A stretch of 64,000 nt of DNA, from NCBI GenBank assembly GCA_038245785.1, contig JBBRSB010000012.1, positions 54,161 to 118,160 on the forward strand, given 5' to 3'. Every line of letters starts with the position of its first letter. The stretch's first letter is position 1. The translations under genes and the position numbers were made by a program. The notes below the pieces were generated by a model. The model had not been told where the DNA came from. It did not search any database and was given only the letters and a program-made list of their open reading frames with translations. Origin of the DNA: Gloeobacterales cyanobacterium. Lineage in GTDB: Bacteria > Cyanobacteriota > Cyanobacteriia > Gloeobacterales > PMM-0068. Below, piece by piece: positions 22,530 through 32,497 of the stretch.

Positions 22530-23615
22530 ATGGGTAGTATTTTTGGACATCTATTTCGGGTTTCTACTTTTGGAGAGTCTCACGGTGGCGAGGTGGGGGC
22601 GATTGTCGAGGGCTGTCCACCCCGCCTGGAAATATCAGAAGCCGATATTCAGGTGGAGCTAGATCGGCGCAAACCCGGTCAGAGCCGGATTACAACCCCA
22701 CGTAAAGAAGCTGATGAAGTGCGGATTACTTCTGGGGTCTTTGAAGGGAAAACCTTGGGTACGCCACTTCATCTGGTCGTTACCAACAAAGATGCTCGCG
22801 GCCAAGACTACCGGGAGATGGAAACTACCTACCGCCCTTCCCACGCTGACTATACCTATCAGGCGAAGTATGGCATTCGCAACTGGCAGGGCGGGGGACG
22901 TGCTTCTGCCCGCGAGACGATCGGTCGGGTAGCGGCGGGAGCGATTGCCAAAAAGTACCTCAGACAGTTTTATGGCGTAGAAATTCTCGCCTATGTCCGT
23001 CAGGTCTGGCACTTGGAGGCTGAGATTGACCCCAATCGAGTGACTCTAGAAGCGATTGAAAGTAATATCGTCCGTTGCCCAGACCCTCAAAAGGCTGAGG
23101 AGATGATTGCTCTAGTAGAAAAAATGCGCGATGAAGGCGACTCTCTCGGGGGGGTAGTGGAATGTGTCTGCCGCAATGTGCCCATCGGTTTAGGCGATCC
23201 GGTATTTGACAAACTGGAAGCTGATTTAGCGAAAGGGATGATGAGTTTGCCTGCCAGTAAAGGTTTTGAGATAGGTTCTGGATTTGGCGGTGTCTTATTG
23301 ACGGGTTCTGAGCATAATGACCCCTATACGTTTGATGAACAGGGCCGTGTGCATACGGAAAGTAACCGCTCAGGGGGCATTCAGGGCGGTATTTCCAACG
23401 GAGAACCAATTCTGTTTCGGGTAGCCTTTAAACCGACGGCGACGATTCGTAAAGAGCAGAAGACGGTGACGGTAGATGGTCAGGAAGCGCTGTTAGCGGC
23501 GAAGGGCCGTCATGACCCCTGCGTGCTGCCCCGAGCCGTGCCGATGATAGAAGCGATGGCGGCTATCATTCTTATGGACCATGCCCTTCGTCAGCAAGCC
23601 CTTTCTCCTCGATAG
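22530..23615 (+). CDS. aroC: Chorismate synthase
   Basis: [29 protein letters not shown]. Confidence 0.99.
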   Translation: MGSIFGHLFRVSTFGESHGGEVGAIVEGCPPRLEISEADIQVELDRRKPGQSRITTPRKEADEVRITSGVFEGKTLGTPLHLVVTNKDARGQDYREMETTYRPSHADYTYQAKYGIRNWQGGGRASARETIGRVAAGAIAKKYLRQFYGVEILAYVRQVWHLEAEIDPNRVTLEAIESNIVRCPDPQKAEEMIALVEKMRDEGDSLGGVVECVCRNVPIGLGDPVFDKLEADLAKGMMSLPASKGFEIGSGFGGVLLTGSEHNDPYTFDEQGRVHTESNRSGGIQGGISNGEPILFRVAFKPTATIRKEQKTVTVDGQEALLAAKGRHDPCVLPRAVPMIEAMAAIILMDHALRQQALSPR

Positions 23616-23619
23616 CTCT

Positions 23620-24309
23620 ATGCAAAAACGATTGATTCGGCCAGTGAATGCTTTGACGAACGCAACCTATAAGCCTCGGATCAAAATTTGTGGACTGACC
23701 CAACCTGATCAAGCCTCAGCTATCGCCCAGATGGGCGTTCATGCCCTAGGGTTTATTGGGGTTCCTCAGTCTCCTAGATTTGTTACGCCTAGTCAGCTGG
23801 CAGCGATTGTCAAAGATCTACCTCCTTTCACAGAGCGGATTGTTGTCCTAGCAGACCCTACCGATGAAGAGATTGAGCAATACGCTCTACTCGCCCGAGT
23901 CAGTATGATCCAGCTGCACGGGACTGAGTCTCCTGAACGATGTGCACAGATCCAGATACGTTTTCCCTGGCTCCGGCTGATTAAGGCTTTTCGAATTCGC
24001 AGTACAGACGATCTAGCTCAAACAGAAGCTTACTCTGCGGTCGTTGACAGCTATCTCTTAGATGCCTATCATCCTGAGCAATTAGGCGGGACTGGACAAA
24101 CCCTTGACTGGGAAGAGCTTGTGGCGTATGGGCCAAGCAGGCCATGGATTTTAGCAGGAGGGCTGACCTCGGATAATATTCATCTTGCCTTGAGCCGCCT
24201 GAGTCCCCACGCCATTGATCTGTCCAGCGGAGTAGAAGATAGCCCTGGTCAAAAAAATCTAGAGAGCGTACGCCATTTAATACGATCGATAGAGCCAATA
24301 TTCGACTAA
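23620..24309 (+). CDS. trpF: Phosphoribosylanthranilate isomerase
   Basis: KICGLT, QLHGTES, GGTG, LAGGL, DLSSGVE; start uncertain (ORF track gives 23581). Confidence 0.95.
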   Translation: MQKRLIRPVNALTNATYKPRIKICGLTQPDQASAIAQMGVHALGFIGVPQSPRFVTPSQLAAIVKDLPPFTERIVVLADPTDEEIEQYALLARVSMIQLHGTESPERCAQIQIRFPWLRLIKAFRIRSTDDLAQTEAYSAVVDSYLLDAYHPEQLGGTGQTLDWEELVAYGPSRPWILAGGLTSDNIHLALSRLSPHAIDLSSGVEDSPGQKNLESVRHLIRSIEPIFD

Positions 24310-24370
24310 GTCGGTTACGAAGCTTAGAAATCCGACGAATATATAGAGGCAGTTAAGGAGCCGCTCAGCG

Positions 24371-25951
24371 ATGGTTAATATCATCCGGCAGCCGTGCGAT
24401 GAGGGTGTCATCCGCGCTGCACCGCTTCACATTCCTTGTACCAGAGACCTGAGGCCATGGGTGCTCGCCGCGACAATTCTCGGCTCCAGTATGGCGATGA
24501 TTGACGGTAGCGCAGTGAACGTTGCACTTCCTATGATGCAAGCGCAACTGAAGGCAACGGCAACTCAAGTGCAATGGGTGGTGGAATCCTACGCGTTATT
24601 TCTGGCTGCTTTAATCCTCACAGGGGGAGCACTGGGTGATAGCTTTGGACGGCGGCGTATCTTTGCCGCAGGGGTGGCACTCTTTTCCCTGGCATCCTTA
24701 GGGTGTGGGCTGGCCCAAGACATTAATCAACTGATTCTGGCACGAGCTATCCAAGGGATAGGAGGAGCATTTTTAGTCCCAGGAAGTCTAGCCCTGATCA
24801 GTGCCTCGTTTGACAAGGAACAGCGGGGACAGGCGATTGGCACATGGTCAGGCTTTACCGCCATCACCTCAGCGCTTGGTCCCGTCCTAGGTGGCTGGTT
24901 AGTAGAGCAAGCATCCTGGCGTTGGATCTTTTTTCTGAATCTGCCTTTAGCTCTAGTGGTCTTAGGAATTGCATTCTGGCGCGTCCCGGAAAGCCGTGGG
25001 GAAGCAGGGGAGGATGGACTGGATTGGCAGGGGGCGCTCCTAGCCACAATCGGGTTAGGCAGTCTGGTCTATGGATTACTCGAAGCCTCCCGCTTAAGCT
25101 TGACCCATCCATTCGTTCTTACCGCCTTAGGTGTAGGTGTCCTGGCACTGATTACATTTCTGCGAGTGGAAGCACGTCAGCGCGCTCCGATGATGCCCCT
25201 AGATTTGTTTCATTCAAAAACGTTCAGTGGTGCAAATTTACTCACCCTGTTTTTGTACGCTGCCTTGGGCGGGGTGTTATTCTTTTTTCCGTTTAACCTG
25301 ATTCAGGTTCAAGGTTACTCAAGCACCGCCGCAGGTGCTGCTCTTCTGCCCCTCATTCTGTTGATGTTTCTGCTCTCTCGCTGGTCCGGTGGATTGGTCA
25401 AACGTTATGGTGCAAAACGCCCTTTGATTGTGGGTTCTAGCATCGCTGCTATAGGATTTGCTCTGTTTGCAGTACCGAGTATTGGCGGTAGCTACTGGAC
25501 CACCTTCTTTCCAGCAGTCAGCGTGTTAGGACTTGGTATGGCCATTAGCGTTGCCCCTCTGACCACAACGGTGATGGGAGCAGTAAAGGTACAGCAGGCG
25601 GGTATTGCTTCTGGCATCAATAATGCGGTGGCACGAACGGCGGGACTGTTGGCGATCGCTGTCTTTGGCCTTATTGTTTTTTATTCTTTTAATGCTGGGC
25701 TTGATACTCGTCTCATACAGCTACAAATTCCAGCTAAAGTTCAACAACTGTTACTTCCCCAACGAATCAAACTGGCTGGAGCAGAAATCCCAGCTGGACT
25801 TAGTGAACCGATTCGGATGGCGCTCAAGCAGGCAATTGCAGAATCCTTCGTAAGCAGTTTCCGCTTGATTATGCTGATTGCCTCTGCACTGGCCATTGCT
25901 AGTGCATTTGTCGCTGCTCTAATGATTGAGCCACAGAACAGCGACGCCTAA
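24371..25951 (+). CDS. MFS transporter, DHA2/EmrB-like
   Basis: MFS motif A (GALGDSFGRR), WRWIFFLNLP, many TM helices. Confidence 0.92.
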   Translation: MVNIIRQPCDEGVIRAAPLHIPCTRDLRPWVLAATILGSSMAMIDGSAVNVALPMMQAQLKATATQVQWVVESYALFLAALILTGGALGDSFGRRRIFAAGVALFSLASLGCGLAQDINQLILARAIQGIGGAFLVPGSLALISASFDKEQRGQAIGTWSGFTAITSALGPVLGGWLVEQASWRWIFFLNLPLALVVLGIAFWRVPESRGEAGEDGLDWQGALLATIGLGSLVYGLLEASRLSLTHPFVLTALGVGVLALITFLRVEARQRAPMMPLDLFHSKTFSGANLLTLFLYAALGGVLFFFPFNLIQVQGYSSTAAGAALLPLILLMFLLSRWSGGLVKRYGAKRPLIVGSSIAAIGFALFAVPSIGGSYWTTFFPAVSVLGLGMAISVAPLTTTVMGAVKVQQAGIASGINNAVARTAGLLAIAVFGLIVFYSFNAGLDTRLIQLQIPAKVQQLLLPQRIKLAGAEIPAGLSEPIRMALKQAIAESFVSSFRLIMLIASALAIASAFVAALMIEPQNSDA

Positions 25952-25998
25952 GATGTCAGTTCAGGGCGGCCCTGAGCTGGAGGGAACAACAAAATCTT

Positions 25999-26072
25999 TG
26001 GAGCGAGCAGCGGGAATCGAACCCGCATCTTTAGCTTGGAAGGCTAAGGTTTTACCACTAAACCATGCTCGC
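25999..26072 (-). tRNA. tRNA-Gly (TCC), CCA encoded
   Basis: GCGAGCATGGTTTAGTGGTAAAACCTTAGCCTTCCAAGCTAAAGATGCGGGTTCGATTCCCGCTGCTCGCTCCA. Confidence 0.97.
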
Positions 26073-26578
26073 TTGGCCAGATTTCCAATTTACCATGCTC
26101 GTGCAGCTCCTGGAACCCCAAGGAAAGAAGGAAAACTTCTACGTACCAGGTCACGTAGCAATACAGGACTCTTAATTTAACTCAAGGCGAGTAAGCAAAT
26201 ACTGAATAAATCTTAGGTGATCAACTTCATCAAATCTACATAATATAATTCGAGAAGTATGAATCAGGAGGAGTACGAAATGTAGTCTTGATAACTAATT
26301 GATATAGACAAAGGGAGTCGGTGAAAATGAGGACTTGTAATCGGGAGCAACATAAAGGAAAAGCGTAAAACTACGGATTTGAAAGAGTCAGGACGAACCT
26401 AAGGTCACTTATGTCTAAGATAAATCGCTAAATAGTTGCTTTTAGCTTTATAGCCTGATTATTAAAAATCTAGGTTTACTATCTTTCGAATACCGTAAAG
26501 CTAGTATAAACTTTCAATAGGGGGAAATTTGTGAGGTTATGCCACACTCAATTTCTTTCATCAATCTACGTTCTTATT

Positions 26579-26628
26579 TATGGCAGGTTCAATTCTCTTA
26601 TGGCAGGTTCGCGTTCTTCTATGGCAGG
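26579..26628 (+). repeat. Three direct repeats of TATGGCAGG spaced 20 and 21 bp
   Basis: Copies at 26579, 26599 and 26620. Confidence 0.8.
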
Positions 26629-26845
26629 AATTACGTCTGATCAGTTGGACCGCATCAGTACCTTTACCCATAAGGACCGCTTGCGGGCACTTGTGATCAT
26701 CAACCAATTCTTCTGGGAAAATTTGACACGGACGTACCGCAACAGCGCGGATCTGATAACTCTGAATGGGGAACAGGCTCAGTTGCTGATCAAGAACCTT
26801 GAAGCGCAGTGGAACAACGAAGAGTTTGCCAGTCGCCAGCTCTAA
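26600..26845 (+). CDS. Hypothetical protein
   Basis: Open frame 26531..26845 with in-frame ATGs at 26600 and 26621; no recognised motif. Confidence 0.45.
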   Translation: MAGSRSSMAGITSDQLDRISTFTHKDRLRALVIINQFFWENLTRTYRNSADLITLNGEQAQLLIKNLEAQWNNEEFASRQL

Positions 26846-26929
26846 GTAACCACTGAATAAGATGTTCTCTAGGCTCTTAGGGTACCTTGGCATGTCAAGA
26901 TAAACATGATTGCTCTTTAGATTAAACCC

Positions 26930-27199
26930 ATGTACATCATCGAAATTACCCTCAGGGGCAACCCCTTGAGCCTCTCTGTCCAGCGTAAAGAAAAAGCAGG
27001 GGCTCATGAGCTGTATCAAATGGTCTCAACGGCTATGAAGACGGGGCTTCCTCAGCTTCTAGAACTCACCTGCGAACGTTCAGTGGAGAAGAAAATGGCG
27101 GTCTTGAGCAGTGAAGTTTCTGCGGTCCAAGTATCTGAAAAATCTGCTTCTGGAGTAGATGGAACAGCGCGACCTGGATTCTTTGCTACGAATGACTAA
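26930..27199 (+). CDS. Conserved cyanobacterial small protein (UPF0367-like)
   Basis: IEITLRGNPLSLSVQRKE, LELTCE, AVLSSEVSAVQ; precedes a CbiO-like ATPase. Confidence 0.8.
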   Translation: MYIIEITLRGNPLSLSVQRKEKAGAHELYQMVSTAMKTGLPQLLELTCERSVEKKMAVLSSEVSAVQVSEKSASGVDGTARPGFFATND

Positions 27200-27203
27200 T
27201 TAG

Positions 27204-27890
27204 GTGGAAAACGCCCCATCAGCCCTAGTCATACAAGACCTATATTTCCAATGGCCCCAAGCCTCAGTCTCACTCTTCCAAGAGTTCTCTCTGACTGTTC
27301 CTCGGGGCCAGTTTTGGATGTTTTTGGGTAATAACGGCTCGGGTAAATCCACGCTTTTCCGACTGATTGCCGGCCTATTGAAGCCTTTGGCAGGGACTAT
27401 TCACTATCATCCTCCCTTAGGATATGTTTTCCAAAATCCAGACCATCAACTGGTTATGCCTTCGGTAGAGATGGATGTCGCTTTCGGTTTAGCGGATGAG
27501 GGATTAACGACCAAGCAAATCCAAGAACGGGTGGCAGAAGCTTTAGATTCTGTAGGGCTTCTAGATTTGAGCCGCAGACCAATCTACGCTCTTTCCGGTG
27601 GACAGAAGCAGCGCGTAGCGATTGCCGGAGCTTTGGCACGTCACAGTGAGCTATTACTTCTGGACGAACCCACCGCCCTCTTGGACCCAGAGAACCAACA
27701 GGAATTAGTACAGCAGGTACGACGCCTGGTAAAAGAAAAAGGAATCACCGCCCTCTGGATTACCCATCGATTGGAAGAGTTGGCCTCATCCGACTATGGC
27801 ATCGTCTTAGAAGAAGGAAAGCTTGTGGAGCAGGGCATGGGTGATTCTCTTCTCCAACGTTACAGCCTAAGCACCTTAGAATCCCTATAG
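27204..27890 (+). CDS. ECF/CbiO-like ABC ATP-binding protein
   Basis: GNNGSGKS, VFQNPDHQ, LSGGQKQR, LDEPTALLD. Confidence 0.92.
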   Translation: MENAPSALVIQDLYFQWPQASVSLFQEFSLTVPRGQFWMFLGNNGSGKSTLFRLIAGLLKPLAGTIHYHPPLGYVFQNPDHQLVMPSVEMDVAFGLADEGLTTKQIQERVAEALDSVGLLDLSRRPIYALSGGQKQRVAIAGALARHSELLLLDEPTALLDPENQQELVQQVRRLVKEKGITALWITHRLEELASSDYGIVLEEGKLVEQGMGDSLLQRYSLSTLESL

Positions 27891-27922
27891 ACCTACGGCC
27901 ACGATGACTGATTAGGGTCCGC

Positions 27923-29140
27923 TCAATTTTTCATCAGTGCCCATGCCAAAAACCGCTCCGTATAGTAGAGCGCAACCTGATTGCTCACTCCTGCAAACAC
28001 TTCATCAAAGGCATGGTCAGCCCAAGGAATTTCAATAAAGGCGGCTTGATTTCCTTTTGCTCTTAGGAGATTACCAAGCCCCTGCCCAAATTTTGCCTGC
28101 ACGATATGGTCGTGTCCCCCATAAATCAAAAGCGTCGGGGGCAGCGATCTCGTGACATATTCGGCAGGAGAAGCTTGACGGTAAAGCGCACCGAGTTCCT
28201 TTGGAGTGCCACCGAGAAAAGCTTTGAGTACTGCCCGAGAATCTATCGGATCTGGTTGAGGCAGGTCATAGTAGCCTGCGGTCAAATCAACCGGACCATA
28301 ATAGTCAACAACGGCCCGAAACGGTCTTGCTTTCGACCTATTAGGCTCATAGGCAGCCAGTAGCGCCAGATGGGCTCCAGCAGACCGTCCCATTATGGCT
28401 AGCCGATGGCGGTCTGTTTCATACTCGTCTGCGTGCTTCTGGATAAACTGTAAGGCTGAACGCACATCCTGGATCTGAGCTGGAAATTTATACTGAGGTG
28501 CATGACGATAGTCGATGGCCCAAACAACGTAGCCCCGTGCTGCCAAATAGCGATTAAATTCGGCATTCTGCGATGGCGCACCACGCTGCCACGCTCCCCC
28601 ATAAATCACCACTACGCCGGGATAAACTCCAGGTTCGGGTGGTTGATAAAGATCGATGGTCAAGGGCACGCTATCCGGCTTTGCAAAGGGAATGCCAGCG
28701 GTGTAGCGCACAGGCTGCCCAGGAACTCCACGAAACAGATCGGCCAAAGAAAAGGGCTGGGAGCGCATCTGAGCGCGCACAGGGGCGGGAACCCGATCGA
28801 GATAATTAGCACCTAGAGCCTGAGATAAAGCAGTTTCTGCCTGTTGAGTCACCGCTAGGAGCTGACTCAGGGGCCATGCGCTCATCACTAAACTAATGAC
28901 ACTCAAAATCAAAGCTGTTCGACCCGGCCCATTGGGACGATACCCCACAGCAGCAATGAATAGGATGATGAAATTACCAACAATCAGCCACGGACTAATT
29001 TCGGGTGCACCCACACTCAGAGGTAATAGAGAAAAGATGGGTGCTGGAATGAAAATCCAAGCGCTAAAAAATATTCCCACAGTGCCTAAAAGCAACGATA
29101 CAAGCCGATAGAGCCAAAACCAATGGAGTCTCATCAACAA
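27923..29140 (-). CDS. Membrane-anchored alpha/beta hydrolase (esterase/lipase)
   Basis: N-terminal TM helices; YGGAW, GRSAG nucleophile elbow, DHAFD. Confidence 0.92.
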   Translation of the reverse strand: MLMRLHWFWLYRLVSLLLGTVGIFFSAWIFIPAPIFSLLPLSVGAPEISPWLIVGNFIILFIAAVGYRPNGPGRTALILSVISLVMSAWPLSQLLAVTQQAETALSQALGANYLDRVPAPVRAQMRSQPFSLADLFRGVPGQPVRYTAGIPFAKPDSVPLTIDLYQPPEPGVYPGVVVIYGGAWQRGAPSQNAEFNRYLAARGYVVWAIDYRHAPQYKFPAQIQDVRSALQFIQKHADEYETDRHRLAIMGRSAGAHLALLAAYEPNRSKARPFRAVVDYYGPVDLTAGYYDLPQPDPIDSRAVLKAFLGGTPKELGALYRQASPAEYVTRSLPPTLLIYGGHDHIVQAKFGQGLGNLLRAKGNQAAFIEIPWADHAFDEVFAGVSNQVALYYTERFLAWALMKN

Positions 29141-29287
29141 ATCTTTTTCTCACTCGGAGTTCTTTGAGAGGCAAGTTATACGGTTTTATCACAAACAGGC
29201 TTGGAGGGCAGGAAAGATAGACCTTGAGTAAAATGTAGTTACAATAGCCATTAAATAAAACCACATTTAAGAACTTTGAAATCTCAC

Positions 29288-29569
29288 ATGTCAGCCACCC
29301 CTGCCACAAGGGTCGGTGTGCGCGATCTCAAAGCGCAATTATCGCACTACCTCAAACGCGCCGCCAATGGTGAGCGCTTCCTGGTCACATCGCATCAGAA
29401 AGTGGTGGCAGAGCTTAATCCTGCGTCTTCCACCGAAGCTGCTGACGGTATCCCTGATTTGCCGTGGCTCACTAAGCCTACCAAACCGCTGAAGTTGCCG
29501 CGCTTAGAAGACTTGATGCCGCTCTAAGGTGAAGGCCCAACCTTAAGCGAGATGTTCAAGAGCTACTGA
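29288..29569 (+). pseudogene. Phd/YefM family antitoxin with premature TAA; no toxin adjacent
   Basis: VGVRDLKAQLSHYLKRAANGE; the frame continues past TAA 29525-29527 as GEGPTLSEMFKSY*. Confidence 0.75.
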
Positions 29570-29593
29570 ACTTAAACATAATGAGATCTTGTT

Positions 29594-29875
29594 ATGCAAC
29601 ATGTGCTGATTATTCATGAAGTGGAGGATTATGAAGCCTGGAAAAAGATATTCGATGCTGCTGCTGATATAAGAAAAGAAGCTGGGGAGCGCTCCTATCA
29701 GATTTTAAAGTATGAGCATGAACCCAACAAAATTGTTCATTTCTCAGCATGGACCTATATAGGGAATGCAAGAGCATTTTTTGAGTCGCCAGAACTGGTT
29801 AAAATTAGAGAAAAAGCAGGAGTTAAGGCTCCTGAATTTATATATCTAGACCTATTAGAGTCAGGAATATTATAA
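29594..29875 (+). CDS. ABM-like dimeric alpha/beta barrel small protein
   Basis: HEVEDYEAWKKIFD...REKAGV...PEF; AT-rich. Confidence 0.8.
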   Translation: MQHVLIIHEVEDYEAWKKIFDAAADIRKEAGERSYQILKYEHEPNKIVHFSAWTYIGNARAFFESPELVKIREKAGVKAPEFIYLDLLESGIL

Positions 29876-29878
29876 AAC

Positions 29879-30784
29879 CTAAGATTGAATCTCTTTAAGC
29901 CATTCTAAATAACGCTTACTCAAATGATGGGCGGCAGGATAAATGGAATTGGGACTCAAGAAGTGAGAGAACTCAAAGGTAATCAATTTATCTACTTGGG
30001 ATGCTCGGGCTGCTTCTAGTTTGAATCTCAATTTAGGCCAGCCAATGGGAGGAAACTTGATCGGCATGTCTCGGTCAAAAGTTTCAACATTGGACCAGCA
30101 CTTTAAACCATACTTTCGGGCCAGATTGCTATTAACGCGCAGATAATCAGGCAGCTCATCATAATGCACCTGACCATCTTGAAAAGCGACTATATCAACC
30201 AAGCCTTGAATCCGACTAAAGACTTCTTCCCACTCCTTTTCGTGTTCTTCTAAGGTAATGGCATCTTCAAATTGTTTGGTGCCTCGAACATAGGGGGAAA
30301 TGAGGATCGGTAAGTTTTTTAGACTTCTTAGATGTTGAGCTAATTGCTCATAGACGCGCATCACCCCTTCATCAAAGGTATTAATTTCATGGGAGATATA
30401 CCATCCTTGAAAAGCTTTGTGATGTCCATAGCGTTCCCAGACTTCATCTACTAGAGCAAGATTGAGGTCTACTTCTTTTTGGTACTGCCCCGAATGCCAG
30501 AATTCCCCAGAGTCATAGGTGCCAAAGTAGAAAGCCATCCCATATTGCTCGGACAAATTTAGAAATAGCTCAACCAAATCCTCTTGCACGAGGAGAATCT
30601 TATTTGCTTTAGCCAATACTTTCGAGGGAAACGTCGCTTTGTCTTGGTAGCCAACCCGAATCAGGATAACCGTATCAATTCCAGCCGTTTGCATCGCCTG
30701 AAAATCCTGCTCCCACTCCTGCGCACTCCAATTGGCAGCAGGAATATCGTGGCTAATTTCATCTAAAAAGGTTCCGGTGATCAT
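29879..30784 (-). CDS. DUF4434 family (glycoside hydrolase-like TIM barrel)
   Basis: ITGTFLDEISHDIP, GWYISHE, AFQDG, NVETFDRD. Confidence 0.82.
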   Translation of the reverse strand: MITGTFLDEISHDIPAANWSAQEWEQDFQAMQTAGIDTVILIRVGYQDKATFPSKVLAKANKILLVQEDLVELFLNLSEQYGMAFYFGTYDSGEFWHSGQYQKEVDLNLALVDEVWERYGHHKAFQGWYISHEINTFDEGVMRVYEQLAQHLRSLKNLPILISPYVRGTKQFEDAITLEEHEKEWEEVFSRIQGLVDIVAFQDGQVHYDELPDYLRVNSNLARKYGLKCWSNVETFDRDMPIKFPPIGWPKLRFKLEAARASQVDKLITFEFSHFLSPNSIYPAAHHLSKRYLEWLKEIQS

Positions 30785-30789
30785 AGGTG

Positions 30790-31614
30790 TTAGGCGTTCT
30801 GACGAATGGGTCCTTCCGTGAGGCCAGCAAAGAATTGCTTCACAAACGGATTATCAGTAGTGTCAATTTCATCGGTTTTACCCATCCATTGAACTTTACC
30901 TTCGTAGAGCAAGACTACACGGTCGGCAGAACGGCGGATAGTACTTTCTTGGTGCGTAACGATGAGGTAAGACTCACAGGTGCGTTCTCGCCATAAGCCC
31001 CTGATTACATCTTCTATCCGAGTCGAAGCGATTGGGTCGAGTCCTGCCGTCGGTTCATCGTAAAGAAGAATTTGGGGTTGGTCATCGGGATCATTGGGGT
31101 CTTCCATAATGGCACGGGCAAAACTCACTCGTGTCCGCATCCCTCCAGAAAGTTCTGCTGGGAAGAGTTGCTCGGTGCCTGCCAGACCGACTAGAGCTAG
31201 TTTTTCTTTGACCAGTTCTCGTACACGTTCTCTGGATAGTTTGGAGTGCTGATACAGAATAAAGCCAACATTCTCATCCACGTTTAAAGAGTCAAAGAGA
31301 GCGGCCTGTTGGAAAACCATGCCAATTTGGAAAGGCATTGAGTCTCCATTGGCCAAATTCCCTGCTATCACTTGGCCCCCAACGCGCACGGTCCCTTCAT
31401 CGGGGGCTAAGAGCCCGCAAATGATTCGCAGAATCGTGGATTTACCCGTACCGGAAGGACCAACAAGGGCTACGGCTTCGCCCGAGTAAATGTCTAGGTC
31501 TATGCCATCGAGGATCACTTTGTCGCCAAAGCGCTTTTTCAACCCCCTGATTTCAATAATCGGGCGGTTCGGATCACAGTTTTCTTTGGGAGGAGAGGTA
31601 GAAGGAGCAACCAT
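30790..31614 (-). CDS. ABC ATP-binding protein, MlaF/TGD3-like
   Basis: GPSGTGKS, FQQAALFDSL, ELSGGM, YDEPTAGLDPI. Confidence 0.92.
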   Translation of the reverse strand: MVAPSTSPPKENCDPNRPIIEIRGLKKRFGDKVILDGIDLDIYSGEAVALVGPSGTGKSTILRIICGLLAPDEGTVRVGGQVIAGNLANGDSMPFQIGMVFQQAALFDSLNVDENVGFILYQHSKLSRERVRELVKEKLALVGLAGTEQLFPAELSGGMRTRVSFARAIMEDPNDPDDQPQILLYDEPTAGLDPIASTRIEDVIRGLWRERTCESYLIVTHQESTIRRSADRVVLLYEGKVQWMGKTDEIDTTDNPFVKQFFAGLTEGPIRQNA

Positions 31615-31663
31615 AGTCTTACTTTAACGGCACAAAAGAAATCATGGCGAGGATGCGCAAAAA

Positions 31664-32272
31664 TCAACTCGTACGATCAGCCTCGGTCAGTCTCCTGATT
31701 GTCGCTAGACGATCTTCCCCTTGCCATAACCCACTGCCTATGCCAACTGCACTCGCACCTGCTCTTAGGTAATCATGGGCATTCTGAAAACCTACTCCCC
31801 CACAGGCAAAAAGGGGAATTTCAGGAAACACTTGCTTCAGCGAACGTACATACTCTGGGCCACCTAGATGAGCCGGAAAGAGTTTTACAAAATCTGTCCC
31901 CAGATGCCAAGCCTGGATAATTTCTGTGGGCGTATAGGCTCCTGCACAGGCCAAGATACCCGCCTCTTGCGCACAGCGGACTAAGGCAGCATCCGTATGG
32001 GGAGAAACCAGAAATTGAGCGCCTGCCGCCACGGCTTTTTGTGCTTCCACTAGAGAACGCACCGTGCCTGCGCCCAGCGTACAGGTCGGAGAATAACTTG
32101 GGAGGTCACGGATAAGTTCACGGATCACATCTCCAAAGTCTGGAACTGTACAGGTGATTTCAAGCCATTGAATGCCCCCCAATAAGCACAGTCTTGCTCG
32201 CGCTAAGGCTGTTTCTGAATCAGGAGCGCGTACGACAGCGACCACACGAGCTTCTCTAAAATTTCTATTCAC
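31664..32272 (-). CDS. eda: KDPG/KHG aldolase
   Basis: AVVRA, EIT, GAGTV, FLVSP, TPTE, VKLFPA, GG. Confidence 0.92.
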   Translation of the reverse strand: MNRNFREARVVAVVRAPDSETALARARLCLLGGIQWLEITCTVPDFGDVIRELIRDLPSYSPTCTLGAGTVRSLVEAQKAVAAGAQFLVSPHTDAALVRCAQEAGILACAGAYTPTEIIQAWHLGTDFVKLFPAHLGGPEYVRSLKQVFPEIPLFACGGVGFQNAHDYLRAGASAVGIGSGLWQGEDRLATIRRLTEADRTS

Positions 32273-32285
32273 TTCTGTAATATTC

Positions 32286-32299
32286 CCGTAATATTACGG
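32286..32299. promoter_or_regulatory. Perfect 14-bp palindrome upstream of eda
   Basis: CCGTAATATTACGG, with a second GTAATATT copy at 32277. Confidence 0.4.
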
Positions 32300-32497
32300 C
32301 GGTAAGTAGAACCAAAGAACCATAGTCCTTTTCCACAGCGATGGGGTTTACTAATTTTTCTAAGGTTTTCAAGCGCTACACCTTGTGTTTCGCAAATCCG
32401 TTGTTATTCTAGTTCAGAAGACCTACTAGGATATGGGTTAGCAATCGTTCACACTCTTTTCAAGAGGTCTTCGAGCGCTTCTGCGCATTCATATTAG

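Noticed and set aside
26062..26102. ACCATGCTCG repeated beside the tRNA-Gly 5' end as an att site
   Set aside because: Only 10 bp, at the 5' rather than 3' end, with no integrase nearby
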